Made by a program: the position numbers and the translations under genes
Notes under the pieces: generated by a model
Seen by the model: only the letters and a program-made list of their open reading frames with translations
Databases searched by the model: none
What the model was told of the DNA's origin: nothing
Part shown: piece by piece, positions 1 to 14,691 of the stretch
How the letters are laid out: each line of letters starts with the position of its first letter
Numbering within the stretch: position 1 is the stretch's first letter
NCBI GenBank assembly: GCA_000320545.1
Contig: ADNK01002641.1
Location: 15,310 to 79,309, forward strand
DNA: 64,000 nt
Direction: 5' to 3'
From: Bigelowiella natans CCMP2755
Lineage: Eukaryota; Protista; Cercozoa

Positions 1-237
1 AATTTAAAATATATGCAATCCAACCTCATCCTTCTATGAAAATCCTATTCAGCAATAATCATATCCGCGTGCATATGAGCAGATGCCAAACGCGTATGCG
101 CGTGGAAGTTGTTTGTCTTTGGCGTCTCCTTTCGGAGAGATTTACTTTTAAGATTTCTTTGCTTTGCCTGTGAGAATTACTGGAAGCTAAGACGAGATTC
201 TCAAGAAATGGTCTACTTTTCTGTTTGTAACAACACA

Positions 238-1167
238 ATGGCAGACAAGGAGCCTGATGCAACCTCAAAATTGCAGTGCTTCTGGTCAAATCCACGATTT
301 CTGCGAGCCGGCAAGTTTGGCATTGGGGTCGTAGTTTTGTGCTTCGTTGTATTTGCGTGGGAGATGAAGCAGTACCGTTCGGTAAGTAGTCATAATGCTG
401 TTGTTAGCCATTCAACCATAGCTAATCAAAATTATTCTCACATTAACGTTTCCTCTCCTAAATCGAGCAGATGAGTGTATCGCCTCTCTGTGTTGTTCTT
501 ACATACATATATGTTACGTATTGTGGTGTTATGCATCATCCTTGAAGTACCGCTTTATTATGAACTGCCTTCCCTACTATAAGCCTCCTATGCCCATGGC
601 ATTGGGTGTTGAGATGTAAGACTACAAGCCGCCCTGTTAATATCAACACGCATCATCCTTCTTACTGGTGAAGTTGTGCTTTGACGAAGTTTTCTCCCAA
701 CCAAACAGCATGACAGGAGCAGCATTCTATCTCATCACACAAAATTACGGCTTGTGGACACAACGATCGATTTTGCGATGTTGGCCTATTTCTTTGGATG
801 TATGGTAATATGACAGCTTTCTTGGGAGAGAATTGATAAGCATGTAGATAAGGGCGGAATAAGACACACAACATATGGCAATAACTATCAAATCGTCATT
901 TATGAGAAACTATAGTATGTATATACACTCGTCATATAGAAACCATAAATTATTAAAATTTATATATGTATGTAGGGATATATTTTTTAATTATTTAGAT
1001 CTGATGTGATAAAGTTTCTCGCGTGTGCGTGTGTTCGTGATTTTAATTTTGTTCGTAACCCGTGAACTAGGCCATCGTGTGCGACAAGTACATGGTACCT
1101 GCGACGGAAATGATCTGTGATAGGTTTTCTTATCGATAATCGTAATAATACTCTATCATGGAGAAAT

Positions 1168-1210
<43 letters not shown>

Positions 1211-1336
1211 TACATCTATGATAGGTTTTCTTATCGATAATAATAATACTCTATGATAGAGAAACTATACATATACTCTATGATTGAGAAATTGGATATG
1301 TATCACAGATAGTGAGGAGAGAGAGGAGGGGGGGAG

Positions 1337-1379
<43 letters not shown>

Positions 1380-2060
1380 AGAGGTCCTTATATGTTAAAA
1401 CTTAACAACGTGAGCAATATTTAATCTGCATATTATCGTTGCATATATTGGGCATGTTGCTCCTCCTCCTCCTCTCCCCTCCCTTCATTCCTTTTATCCA
1501 TACACCACCTTATGATGATCATCACACCATGTATCTACTACCTATGATGATGATGGCTTCTTCTTCGATTCGATTAATACCTCTCTTGGATTTACAGCAT
1601 TGGGATCAATGATGACATAGCTGGGGTGACACTGCTAGGTTTCTCCAGCTCTGCTCCTGAGATCGTTATAAGGTGTGCCTTTATTATTACTATTATTATT
1701 TATATTATTATTGTTATTATTGTTAGCTGTGAGAATCGATGATGTTGTTAATGGTGATGATGATTATGATGATGATGATGTTTCACACACCGTATATTTC
1801 CTCTATAATACCACTACTACTACTACTACTATCGTGTGATCATGGACCAACTTGTGTTGAATATTACTATAATAATACTACCGTGTTAGAATACACTGTG
1901 GAACAGAACAGCCCATGCTTTATCATCATATAGCGTCCAGAGCTGCATCATCATTACCATCATCATCATCATCACCATCATCTTCATCACCATCACCATC
2001 ATCAAACGTTCCTTTGTGTGCTCCCTCTCAATTGCGCCTAAATTGACTCTTTGTCATCTT

Positions 2061-2091
<31 letters not shown>

Positions 2092-2387
2092 TTCTTAGCA
2101 TTGTTGGGGTTATTCACCATGACTTTCGTGCTTCAATGAGTTGTGTTATGGGCTCCGGTAATAAATAATAATCCTACTTATTATTATCATTATCATTAGT
2201 ATTATTATCTCTGTTTGGTTTCTTTGCAATGCGTTAAGTCGTAGCCTAGAAATCACTTGCATTTACTATTACAAACAACGGAAACTTCAATACAATTCAG
2301 AAAGCAACACTTAGTAGGATAAACCATTTGTGTTATCATATTTACATATTATATGATATATATATATATATATATATATATTAATAT

Positions 2388-2424
<37 letters not shown>

Positions 2425-2520
2425 ATTAAGTTTGTAAACTTGTTGTGCGCATGTACATAAATTTTCACACACTAGAATTCCTCCTCCTCCTCCTCCCGCT
2501 GAATTGATGCCGTAAATGCA

Positions 2521-2551
<31 letters not shown>

Positions 2552-3036
2552 GGTCTTATCGGGTTTGGACTTATACCAGCTGTGTGCATACTGGTAAGGA
2601 TACAAGAGCTCAGAGCTCCGTTATTTTCTTCACTTTCATCGTCGCTTCATCATCATCATTTGCATATTATGATATACTCAACGTCGTTCAGTAGTAAGTA
2701 GTACTATCGTGGTAGTAGTAGTGAGTCAGTCAGTCGTCATTATGGAAGATGATAAAGCACTAGAGTTGTTACAATATGCCATTATTTACACCATCATCAT
2801 CATCATCATCATCGTGATCGTGGGGATTGATCTGTTGCAGATTATGTCGCCGATACAACTATGTTCTTTTCCAGTATCATCAATATAGATAAATATTGTC
2901 TAATATTGCGCTCATTTCCAGAGTGATGAGGCCAGTATCAACATTGTTTTTTTTTAAGGGGGTGAAAGCGTCTTTATCACCGCTGAAAGTTGATGAGTTC
3001 CCATTGCATCGTGACATGGTACGAACAAACACATAG

Positions 3037-3120
<84 letters not shown>

Positions 3121-3202
3121 TATTGATGTTTATACACACATGAATATTTTACAATACAAAGTGTCATCACCTCATATCGATTTACAAAATATACAATATA
3201 TA

Positions 3203-3246
<44 letters not shown>

Positions 3247-3628
3247 TTAACTATTGTTAGGCGGGCTATGCAATAATCCTCGCAACGACGCTTTTCTTCT
3301 GTGCAAGTGGCTCGGTGTCCATGCTCGAAAGCGGCATTCTAATCATGTTATGGTTTGTATATCTCCTCATCGTTGTGTCTTGTGTGGGTAATGCCAATCG
3401 AGAAGGAGCAGCCAGTAATCATGGGGGGGGGGGGGGAGACGACAGGGAGAACATCGCACTGGTACTTGTCTTTATACAACACCATTAGTAGAAGGCCACG
3501 CGCATAGTAGTAGTAGTAGTGTCAAAGTTGTGATTTGTAAACTACTCAAGAGAGGGGGGTTAGGAGGGGTTTCTTTCATGCAACTACACGATTGCTTATT
3601 GTTGTGTGTCTAAAAGTCCCAAGAGTGG

Positions 3629-3660
<32 letters not shown>

Positions 3661-4168
3661 ATAGCCTATTTGTTATTTCCCCTCCTTTCTCCCTCTCTCT
3701 CTCTCTCTCTTTCTCTGGCCTAGCATGTATTACGTGTATTTGGTGCATATGTTGTATGTTTTTCGATGGATTTAAAGATGATGATTGATTGATGTTGCAT
3801 GTTTTTCGATGGATTTAAAGATGATGATTGATTGATGTTGCATGTTTTTCGATGGATTTAAAGATGATGATTGATTGATGTTGCATGTTTTTCGATGGAT
3901 TTAAAGATGATGATTGATTGATGTTGCATAACTGTCACGTACATCGTGTGTTTGGTGCATGTCCTCCGTTTTTCTTTTTTTTTCCCCTAATAATCCAACA
4001 TATTGGTGATATTCAATTTTGCTGGTGCTGGTGCTGGTGCTGTTATATATTTTATGTGCGAAGATGCCAGATACATCACGCCCAAAGAGGTCATCATCCA
4101 TTTACGACAACGGTATCGAGAATAACATCGCTACCACGGAGGAGCCTAGGTAATAACATTCTATACTC

Positions 4169-4212
<44 letters not shown>

Positions 4213-4447
4213 TATGCACCCTGCACAGTGACATACTTCACACCTACTACTACTACTACTACTACTACTCTACTACTACTATGATATCCTTCTCTCTTAT
4301 TGCCTCCTTCTTCTTCTTCTTCTTCCCCATGGATGATGGATCTGCTACTTGCTTTAGCTCCACGCCCACAACATCACTTGCTGCTGCTGAGAATCTCAAA
4401 TACGGCGCTCTCGACTCCTACTACCAGGCAGGAAGCTCGCCGCAGAT

Positions 4448-4486
<39 letters not shown>

Positions 4487-5389
4487 ATATACTGTTTTTC
4501 ATGTATCGATGGTAATACGTATACTGAGACAGGACTTAAAACATATGACGAATTATACAACTACTTAGCGTTTTAGCTTCTATAATAAAAGATATCCTCC
4601 TTAGGTTACCATGATGCATGATTGATTGAGGTTATTATAGTTGTGAATACGTAGCTTGAATATGATTCATAACTAGTATATAAATGGCTGCTGCTACTAC
4701 AGGCCGAGGCAAACCATGCAAAGGCGGAGAAGAAAGAGACGAATAACGCTTCCAATCGGTGCTATGATATATATGTATGTATATTTATATTATCTATCAA
4801 ATGTTGTAATAGCAGCGCATAAATACGCGTCCTCCTCCTCCTTTTCCCTCTCCTCTTCCCTCTCCTCTTCCGTACTTCATCATTCACACAAAATTCATAC
4901 CTCCAAATCATCAGCAACACTAGCTCCGCGAAGGGCTTCTCGAAGATATCTGCCTTATCGTCAAGATCAAAGCCAAACTGCGAAGGGATATTGCCTGAAA
5001 AATACCGCAATGATGAGGATGAAGAAGAAGAAGAAGAGGATGGTGGCTCCGAGATGTTATTTGCTCCTTTCGACTGCCTTTTGTCGTATATAATGCCCAA
5101 TAATATGGACAAAGCAGATATGATGCTCAAGGATGAAGCTCAAGAGGGAGGGAGGGGGGCGAAAGGAGAAGGAGCAGCAGAGAGATCATTATCTTCTTCT
5201 TCTTCTTCTTCATCACGATACTGCATGGGGTTGTGGACAACGGCGTACGTGCTTCTTATGTCGCTTGTGATTGTGGCAATTCTTTCCGAGTTCGTCATGG
5301 TATTTATAACGGATAATAACTACATTTCATTTAAGCTCTCTCTCTCTCTCTCTCTCTCTCCCTCTCTGCCTCTCTGCACACACACACAC

Positions 5390-5461
<72 letters not shown>

Positions 5462-6296
5462 GTATATATATATATATATATATACACATATATGCATAGA
5501 GATATAACCAAAAGAAGAAGTAGCAAGTGAGAGAGAAAAGACAAATTGGAAAAGGGGGGGGGAAGTGAGGGTGTGCTGAGTCCCATCAGCAATATCATCA
5601 TATCGAAGAATGATAGGAATTATTCATGCATTTTATATACAGCCATCATGTATATCATCATAATATGCACGTCTGTCTTGTCATATTTCATCATCATTTT
5701 TATGGTAGGAATAACATCATTTCTTCTTTTTCTTCTTCCTCTTCTTCTTCTCACCTAAGATATTCTATATGTTCTATATAACACCGTTGTTTGTTGTTTG
5801 TTGGTACTCTTAAACAGGTCATAACATCACGTTTATCGGTTACTCTGGGGATCTCTAAGGAGGTCTCTGGAATTCTCTTCTTAGCAATGGGTGATGATGA
5901 TGATGATGATGCTATCTGTTTTATTGATGATGATGATGATGATGCAGGAACAACACCTTGCTACGATGTTTTGATTTTAATGATGGTGATGTATTGTTAA
6001 GTGTCACATTCATGTTGAGGGAAGTTTGATGGTGATGTAGTGTTAAGTGTCATTCATGTTGGAGGGAAGTTTTGATGGTGATGTATTGTTAAGTGTCATT
6101 CATGTTGAGGGAAGTTTTGTGTGATTTAGAAAATAAAAAAACAGTTTAATATATCTCTTCTTTCCGCCTCCTCCGCATACTACATACTCTGCTCTCAGGA
6201 GCTCAAGTGCCTGACACAATAGAATCGTATAGTATGGCGAAGGCTGGTAAAGAGCTATCATATATCTTGGCATGTTCAACACTGATGAATTTTTTG

Positions 6297-6327
<31 letters not shown>

Positions 6328-6473
6328 ACACATACACGCACACATACTCCAGAGCTTTTTGATTATTTCATGGAGGATTTTCAAAATTTGAAGGTGGGTG
6401 GGGGTGCTGCCACTCTATATTAAATTAATCAATTGATAACAAGCCTCTCTCTCTCACTCTCTCTCTCTCTCTC

Positions 6474-6513
<40 letters not shown>

Positions 6514-6555
6514 TAGTGTTGAAAAGAGATTCTCACTCCTCCTCCTCCTCCTTTG

Positions 6556-6589
<34 letters not shown>

Positions 6590-6597
6590 TTCCCTAA

Positions 6598-6634
<37 letters not shown>

Positions 6635-7368
6635 TTCCCTACCAGGAAAAGCCAACGGAGCCTTATCAAACGCCTTTTCATCCCAAATTTTGAATATGAT
6701 CGGCGGTATAGCGGTCCCTTACTTCACGTATACGTGCATTACAGGTAGAATGTAACAACTCGTAGGAAGAAGAAAAAGAAAGTGTATCGAAGCTATTGTC
6801 TTTTATTGCTTATAAATAACTCAGTATATTACTATAATATACAATTTGGTTATACAAATGATATATATAATATTTAAGGCAAAGAACTTACCGTAAAGCT
6901 GTCACACACTTCCATCATGGGAATGGCGCTGGCTGCGACCATTGTCGGCATGTTGGGTTGTGTTGTGTGCAGTAGGACGCAAGGGAGAAGCGATGATAGA
7001 GGTACTACTATTGACAGCTTTACCAACACCCAAACATCTCGTAGTAGCTAGTAGTCGGAACATACGTGCAAATTCACAGGGATTGATTTGGTAGAGGTAT
7101 GTGCTCTATATTTATTGATGCTTATTACTTTTTTACTTACTTATATTATATCTATCATCGATAGAGATCAATCTGCATTACTATCTTAGTATTTATTACT
7201 TATCCTCTTTCCTCATGATGATTATAACGATGATGATAATGATATTATTTGGGATCATCAGCTCATCGCCCAGTGCTTCTAGGACGCAAGGCTGGGGGGG
7301 TTATTCTCGCCGTGTATTTGTTGTCGACTTCCGCATGTGTGAGTTATATAGAGTACAAGGACAGCTAG
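238..7368 (+). CDS. K+-dependent Na+/Ca2+ exchanger-like (CaCA/NCKX family), multi-exon
   Basis: Exons read by eye: [20 protein letters not shown] (238-381); [17 protein letters not shown] (~1071-1123); alpha-1 repeat [23 protein letters not shown] (~1600-1671); acidic loop (~5000-5200); alpha-2 repeat [10 protein letters not shown]|AQVPDTIES..|[17 protein letters not shown] (5818-6744); last exon [16 protein letters not shown] with TAG at 7366-7368. Start exon is tentative. Confidence 0.85.
3750..3928. repeat. Intronic tandem repeat, ~43-bp unit x4
   Basis: gttgcatgtttttcgatggatttaaagatgatgattgattgat repeated; first copy reads gttgTAtg. Confidence 0.9.
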
Positions 7369-7935
7369 AGGAGTGAATCGTGGCAATTGTTGTTGTTACC
7401 TTGAAGTAGCGCTAATAACATAGCTGCGTGACACACAGTGAGTGCTAGAGTATGTGCAATCATGCAATGAAAGTGTGACGGTCGCCGTCCGTCTGCGTGT
7501 AGTTAGATTACATCGGGGATTATGACGCCACATCATTGCATCGCTCATTCACAGCCGAACTGTGTCGCATCACGTTGTGCAAGTCTAGACATGCATGCAT
7601 GCGCTAGCATGCTATCGAACATGAGCTGCCGCATGTGCACGATTCTTTGTACTTATGAGGTGTGAGCAATTGTTTGTTGTTTGTCTTTCGCGTCATTACA
7701 CCGTACATGGATTTACCGACTACTAAGCAAGAGTGTCATCTTGAAATAAACACACATGAATATTGTGCTATTATTGCATGTCTTTCAACGTGAAAGATTG
7801 TGAGCAGGTATCCGCGTATTGCCTGGTAATACAATTACATCATATCGTGTGGACCATTTAATACGTACGTGCGTGTATTATATACATGTGAAGCACCAAT
7901 TCATTCAAATAGTAAAAAAGTGTAGAATTTAAAAA

Positions 7936-8476
7936 ATGTCATCCTCGATACCACCCAGACACGTTCTACCTGTAATAGATCTCGATGAGGAAAACAACGA
8001 TGGAGTTGACGTCGATGCCAACGATGACGTCGTTATTGTTGAAGATGATGATGCGACAGCATCCTCAACCCACTTGATCCAAGCAGATATCACCTTTATA
8101 TACTTTGTATGTGTTTTGTGTTATTACTATGGTTTCTACTGATAACGACATAATAGAGAGCTAACAAGGCAATCATCAATAGGTGGTGCTTGTGTGTGTT
8201 TGTGTGTGATTGTATGTCTGCATTCTCATTCTAAGTACACGACGTACGCAGCCAACGATACTTAGTCATGTTTACTGATGAATGATATATCTCTACTTGA
8301 TTTACCAAAATACAACAACTTAAGGAATACAAGAAAATCAACAACTTCAATTTCTACTACGACGAATAGTAGTAGCTACTATCACCAATAGCAGGAACCT
8401 ACCTTTGTGGTAGGTTTGGTCTTTATATAGTATATCAACGCTCCCCATACCGCCTATGTTGTAGAATCATATGTGT

Positions 8477-8534
<58 letters not shown>

Positions 8535-8700
8535 CAACAACGATGACGATGACAAAAGAGGAAAAGGAGGAGGACACAATGATACATCTGGTGCTTTTAT
8601 GCCCAGCAGCAGCACTTGTGACGCCATTCATTGCACTTGTTGTAAAACACATCGCTTGAAATATTGTTCAAAAATAATCCTGTATGTCGTTGTATAATGA
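7936..8700 (+). CDS. Probable 5' exons of an unidentified multi-exon gene
   Basis: ATG in aaaaaATG context; acidic VIDLDEE..VVIVEDDD segment; later Cys-rich CDAIHCTCCK segment; no family recognised. Confidence 0.3.
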
Positions 8701-9102
8701 AAATCTACATGGTAATGAAGATGATTGCAATGCCGATTAGATCATATATAAATATACGTTAGTAGTAGTAGTAGTAGTAGTAGTAGTAGCAGCAGTTGTT
8801 GTTGTTGTAGTAGTAGATAATAGTAGTAGTCGTATGTTGATTATATTCTACCAGCACTAGAAAGAACCCGTATCGAGGAGGAGGAATCTTTCAATAAATA
8901 ATATCATAAAAGAACAACAAAGAGGACAAAGAATGCCATCATTATATATATCGTCGTCGTATATATTGAGGTAGTAGCGAAGTAATGATTTAATATTGAT
9001 TTGGTGATAATTAATAAGTATAATAATGAGACTGAGAGTGATTAGAATACGTTGTTGTCTAGGTCCAAAATAGTAATAATTGATAATAATAATACTAATC
9101 AT

Positions 9103-9179
<77 letters not shown>

Positions 9180-11299
9180 GGGGGGGGGAGGGATTGTTTG
9201 TTAAGGTATGAGAATGCAACTAGGTAGGTTATTTCATTCAAAACTATCAGCTACACGCAAGCAGCTCTTCATCATAAAGTCATCAATAGTTCTTAATATT
9301 AACATCGTAAAAGCAAAATAACATAAAAATAACCATTTCTGATGCGAACGACAGAACAAGTTTTTCCAGCATACAATCCTACTTGCACTACAACAACTAC
9401 TACTACTACTACTATTAGATTTTTAATTCCCCTTATCTTCTTCATCATCATCATCATCCTCACTTTCCTACCTGCTGGTGTTGCTGCTGAGAGGCATCGT
9501 CGTGATTGTTGTGATCATCATCGTCGTACATATCCATTCCAAGCTCCAAGTGAGTTCTATCTGCATTCTTTGGAAGAGTGATAGTAATAAAAGTAGAAAT
9601 CATAAATAATAATATTAATATAATAATAAGGAAGGGTCGTGGTAGTTGTGGTGGTGGTTGAGAGGCTTTGATCCTATAATAACATCTACTACAACAAAAC
9701 ACCGATAATAACACCTCTATAAGTAATACTATCATCAAGCATTGGTTATATTTCTCTTTCACCACCACCACCATCATCATCAACACAATTATCATTATCT
9801 TCTTCATCTTCATCATGAGTGCTGCTATTGATGACTAAAAATGTTTGAATCGATACGTTCTTTTTCCCTGCTGCTGCTGCTGTGCGATGGTGATTTTTAT
9901 GGTTCCTACTGTTTTTCCTGAAAATATACCATAGTTGTCTTTGTTCAATGGTTGGTATCAACCAACAGCGAGCCTTCGCGAGTATGCAAAAAGTCAACTT
10001 ATTCGCACTAGAGAAGGGAGGGAGAAGGAGGATGGGGAACTACTACCTTGTAGATTCTCCTTCTTCTTCTCCTTCACATTAAGATGAAGTATTAGTCAAT
10101 TGCGTCGTCCAGACAGAACACGTATTATTGTAAGTCGAGAGAAGAAACATTATGTTACGTGTATATATCGTTCAACAACATAAATAACAACATAAATAAC
10201 AACATATTTGTATGCACAACAACAGATAGAGGTAGTTGCAGTAGTAGTACACTTGTTAATGATATAATAGCAGGAACTTAGAAAACCATGATGATTTATT
10301 AGCAATATAGTAGTATTGTCATTCATTCGATGGCAAAATGTTGGTTGCCGTCTATAATAACAATACTAGTTGTACAGACTTATTTCTCTGATATTGATTA
10401 TGCTTATGAATGATAGTGATAATGAATTATTCTCCTTACCCCTAGTACTGGTGCTCATATTTACACCATTATTCTCCTGATCATCCATCAATTCAATGCT
10501 TTCACTCGATGGATCTGCCAATTTTGCTGCTGATTACGGATACAGAGACATAATGACACCACGAATGTTTGGACACTAAATTTGATATTACATGATCGCG
10601 AGGTAAAATCAATATACATTATCATCATCATGATCATCATCATCATCATTATCGCCATCTTTGTCGTGATCAGGGAACAACAATAGTGCAGTATAACTTT
10701 CTCGATCTGCGCTCATAGAGCTCATTGCCGTTGTCGTTGCCGCTCTTTCTTTAGATAACCTCGGTGATGCTCCGATACCCTCTGTGTATGGATGATGTGT
10801 CATGTGTGTCTGATGTCACTGCATTACCACCCCCATCCATACTAATTAGAAATAAACGGGTAGCATTTATCACGAGGTTAAAAACATGAATAAATAAAAT
10901 CCTTCAGGATTTGTGCATCATCGACATTGTGGAACAATATTTGCTATAACTGACATACCAGCCGTACTTGTCATCGTTATCATTAGCAGAATAAGCGTAA
11001 GAAGTAGCTTGGGAGCAATGGAGGAGGACAAGGATGATGATGACGAAAGCGATGATGACGAAAGCGATGATGTCGATCGGGAGACAAATAATGACAGTAT
11101 GAATGATGATGTTGCTGTTGCGAACCAACTTATCATCACTGCAGCCCTTCTCCCTCCTCCTTTAAATCCTCTTTTGGGCCTTCAGACGCTCGAAGTGGCT
11201 AGTGCTCTTGTAGTACAAGCGAGGAGTGGGGGGAGGATAAAGTGACGAACGCAGTTGTTTGCTTCTCGAAAGATGGCGCACGTGCGACAACGGGATGAA

Positions 11300-12350
11300 A
11301 AAAAAAGAGAAGAATGACCTGCATTTTACCGCGAAAAATACGAAAAAAATCACTTTCTTTTTGTAAAGGATCAAGGCGAGTTGCTGGACGAATCTGCCAC
11401 ACTTCCAAGGACTCCTCTCGAATGTGAGTCTGGGACCTGCCTCACCTGCCTACCAATCCTTCTTCTGTGGTTCTAACTCTGTTGAAACTAGATTGTTGCT
11501 GGGTGCTCCTTCGGACGACCCAATCTCAGACCATCGTGTGGACATGGCCTTCAGGAGGTTCATTGTCAGAGCACGCACACACATTGCGTCGCAGTCACAT
11601 TGAAGCTGGAACAATGAACATTGATGATGAATCGCACTTCCAAAGTGTTGCAAGACGTTTGCAGTGTGCGAAACGCAGTGCTAGTCACATTGCTTTGTGA
11701 GTGCCAAATTGCCAATTCTCAAATCGCTTGAGTGTGAACAAACTTTCGCGAAGCGTGTCAGCTTCTCAGCGACGACTTGTGCGTGGAACGTCGAAATCCA
11801 GGCCAGAAAGTGCACGAACACAAACCTGTCGCTCAATCAATTGTCGAGCACATTGCACGTCAGTCAGCACTGGAGCACGTCGATCCCGTGGTCCTTTTGG
11901 GTCAGTCCAGCAGTGACTCGCGGAATCACGTGCTGGGTCACTCACTCGTTCCTGGGTTCGTTTGTTCACTCACTTGAGTTCACTTGAGCACCTCTGTTGA
12001 CCCCACCAGTTCCTCGATTCGCTCGTTCAATCGTTCATCTTTTTGTTCAACCAGCATTGGAAAGACTTCGTTCGTTCACGCGGTTGAAGTTCGCTCGGAT
12101 GTCCACAATCAGCAGCGATGATGAGTGCCCTCTGGCCCTCTGGCCCTCTGGCCCTGTCTCAGCTGTGGCCCACTGACCCGCACACGGTCGACCCAATCGA
12201 GTCCGCCTGCCAATTTGGCGGGTTTCATTCTTGGCACGCTGCACGCCTGTGTTCAGTGGTTCACCGGGTGAAAGGTGAACTCAATGATGTCCAAGTGCGG
12301 GATCCTTCAATTCGCACCAGGAAGCAACATCGTGCACGTTTGGACGTGTG
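11300..12350. mobile_element. TpA-depleted degenerate repeat relic
   Basis: Almost no TA except ctag/ctac/ctaa. Shares cacttccaaagtgttgcaagac..gcagtgc with 29490-29540 and (revcomp) 47150-47200, and gtggacatggccttcagga with the revcomp of ~29675-29700. Confidence 0.7.
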
Positions 12351-12735
12351 AAACAGCACATATAACATGTGTGTGATGCTACATGTCTGTAATCAACAAT
12401 GGTATTTTCTCCGCGTAAGACCTACAGACAAGGTAACCATGCTTCGTCGTACCACATAATGTGCATTTTGCGTTTGACCATGTACAATACATGCTTGCAT
12501 GATCGCTAGCTAGATGCTGCACGCTCACGTGTGCACGATAGACAGGATGAACGACTTTGCATTAGGATGGATTTTCAAAATGTTACAAGATATTTGCAAG
12601 GTAGAAACACAATGCCACGAACTAACTATCTACGGGGCTCTACTTTCTTGCACGTCATTTTGGAAAGTGCATGTTGCATTCAGCAGGAAGTATGGAGATA
12701 TCTACTATATACAAGCAATCACACGCATTGACGAG

Positions 12736-13533
12736 CTATTTGTTGTGCAACCGATCGGCAATATCAAAACTATCTAAACCTTGTGTGCGATTAAAGCATT
12801 TTACTCCACTCGGTACCTCCCACCGTGAAGGCTTGCTGGGACCTGGAATGTAATTCAAGGAGTAATCGAACACGAAGCAATCTCGATGGATTGGTATTGC
12901 TGGTCTTAAAGGAATTGATTGAGTCCATTGGAAACGAAGAATTGGCTTCGTCTTATCAGGCTGAGCAGTTGCGGAAAGTATATACGTGTAATTGCGGGTG
13001 ACGTTAAGACGAGTCCCATTCGGCATAGGGGTAAGTTCAACAGATGACCACTGCCATGTTTCGTTTTGTTGATTCTTCTTTAGCAAAGTTGTGTTCTCGT
13101 AAAACATGCCAAGGATGCCAGTAAACATTGAGTCAAAATCTCCCCAATTCCCAAAACGTGGCGGACAAACCCTTGATCCATTTGCGCAAATACTCGGGGG
13201 CAATGGTTCAGAGGTACACGCAAAGCCACCGGGTGCATCACGTGCTTCTGTGAGGTCCACTTCAGTAGGGGGATCCTCTTCAAAAAGAGCAAGGTGAGTA
13301 GTGTTAGGAGTTGGGTCTACCTTGGCAAGACCAGTGTTACTCTGTGCAAGCCTTTTGTTCTTTGCATCGAACCACACTTTAGATATTACTGGAGCGGTTT
13401 CCAACATTTCATATGCAGCAATGCAACCGTCACCATCGTGCCCATAGCCCTCCCCGACTCGCATGTATGTGGAGAACTGCAGCGTTGCGTCTGGCCTGGC
13501 CAGAACCCTAGCCACAAAAACCAACAGCCACAT
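12736..13533 (-). CDS. Intronless 265-aa secreted protein, possibly ependymin-related (EPDR-like)
   Basis: Hydrophobic N-terminus MWLLVFVARVLA; several NxT sequons; KVWFDAKNKRL and C-terminal FDY..YIPG..WEVPSGVKC resemble EPDR motifs; normal Tyr usage. The ORF is solid, the family is tentative. Confidence 0.65.
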   Translation of the reverse strand: MWLLVFVARVLARPDATLQFSTYMRVGEGYGHDGDGCIAAYEMLETAPVISKVWFDAKNKRLAQSNTGLAKVDPTPNTTHLALFEEDPPTEVDLTEARDAPGGFACTSEPLPPSICANGSRVCPPRFGNWGDFDSMFTGILGMFYENTTLLKKNQQNETWQWSSVELTPMPNGTRLNVTRNYTYILSATAQPDKTKPILRFQWTQSIPLRPAIPIHRDCFVFDYSLNYIPGPSKPSRWEVPSGVKCFNRTQGLDSFDIADRLHNK

Positions 13534-13879
13534 GACTCCTCCGAAACTTTACCTTTTTGGGAAGGGGATCTGTAAAAGAGGCGTTACGTGTTTCCTCGTT
13601 TCATCCGAAAACTGACCGAGAAATGTTGACCAAACTGCTACAGTAGATCTACATCATCATTGACAAAACGCTACAACGTGGGGCACACATCCTACCAACA
13701 GTAGTACATGTACCCCTTCGATGAACGAATCTAAATCCCGGGTTTATTGCATTAATACCGGGGGTAGATTCCAATCCGAACGACTTCTCGCCAACTACAG
13801 AGCGAGCATCCAAAGGGGAAATGGAAGCTGTAAAGGTTCATTTTAAGCAGTGGATGCATTGAGCCTAGTCTCCCCAGCT

Positions 13880-14600
13880 CAACATATGTACATGTATGCA
13901 CATACACATACATGTATGTGTGCACATGTGTGTAGCCATGTGCATGCACATGCACATGCACATGCACATGCACATGCACACATGCATGTGTGCACAAAGT
14001 GCCGCCACTCTTTGGCCCTCGCGTGCTGCAGATCAGATGAACCCAGTGACAACATTGTGTGCACATCATGCACACGTCTTTGCACATCACATGCACGTAT
14101 TTCCACGACAGTTGATGTATGTCAGCATGCAACGATTGGAATGTCGTGACGCAACGATCAGCAAAGCGTTCATCGGCTTGAAAGAGCTGGGCTGCACAGC
14201 AAGCTAGCAGGTGTTGTTACAGCGCTGTGGCACTCAGTCCAACTTAGCAAACAAAGTGAAGTAACACCTGACACAAACTGTCAGCAGAGACACTTTTGTG
14301 TCGCGATCACCATTTCATGCGGACATGCTGCATGCGCATACTAGATGTTTTTGCGACGCGTCGCCAGCTAGCCAGGTCTGAGGTTGTGCGCGCGTGTCGT
14401 TATGAAACACGTGCATGTTGTGCTTTCATGCACCTTGATCAAGGAGTATGCGTGTGCAGGCGGGCACATCTAGACTGCACGTGTTCTCACAATTTCCCGG
14501 GCGGAAACGTCATTTGCGCACACCCAGCCTAGCAGTCTAGCAGTGCGTGATGTATTCTTGCTAGAAAGCCTCACATGCAAACCCACCTTATCACTGCTAT
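13880..14600. repeat. TpA-depleted intergenic block with (TGCACA)n microsatellite
   Basis: tgcacatgcaca.. array at ~13945-13985; remaining TA in 14000-14560 is mostly ctag. Confidence 0.65.
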
Positions 14601-14691
14601 GCATCCCTCACGAACTCACAAACGTAACTTGTGCATGTTACGTTACTAACGTCACAACTGCATATTTTACTGCATTGAAAGTCATCTCCAA

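Noticed and set aside
3750-3928. CRISPR-like regular repeats (also 34721-34848)
   Set aside because: Head-to-tail units without spacers, in eukaryotic introns, no cas genes
1739-9816. ORFs with poly-I/YI/CV/RE/HT/S runs throughout the window
   Set aside because: Translations of intronic microsatellites
9740-11250. Possible minus-strand membrane-protein gene
   Set aside because: Could not assemble consistent exons or recognise a family
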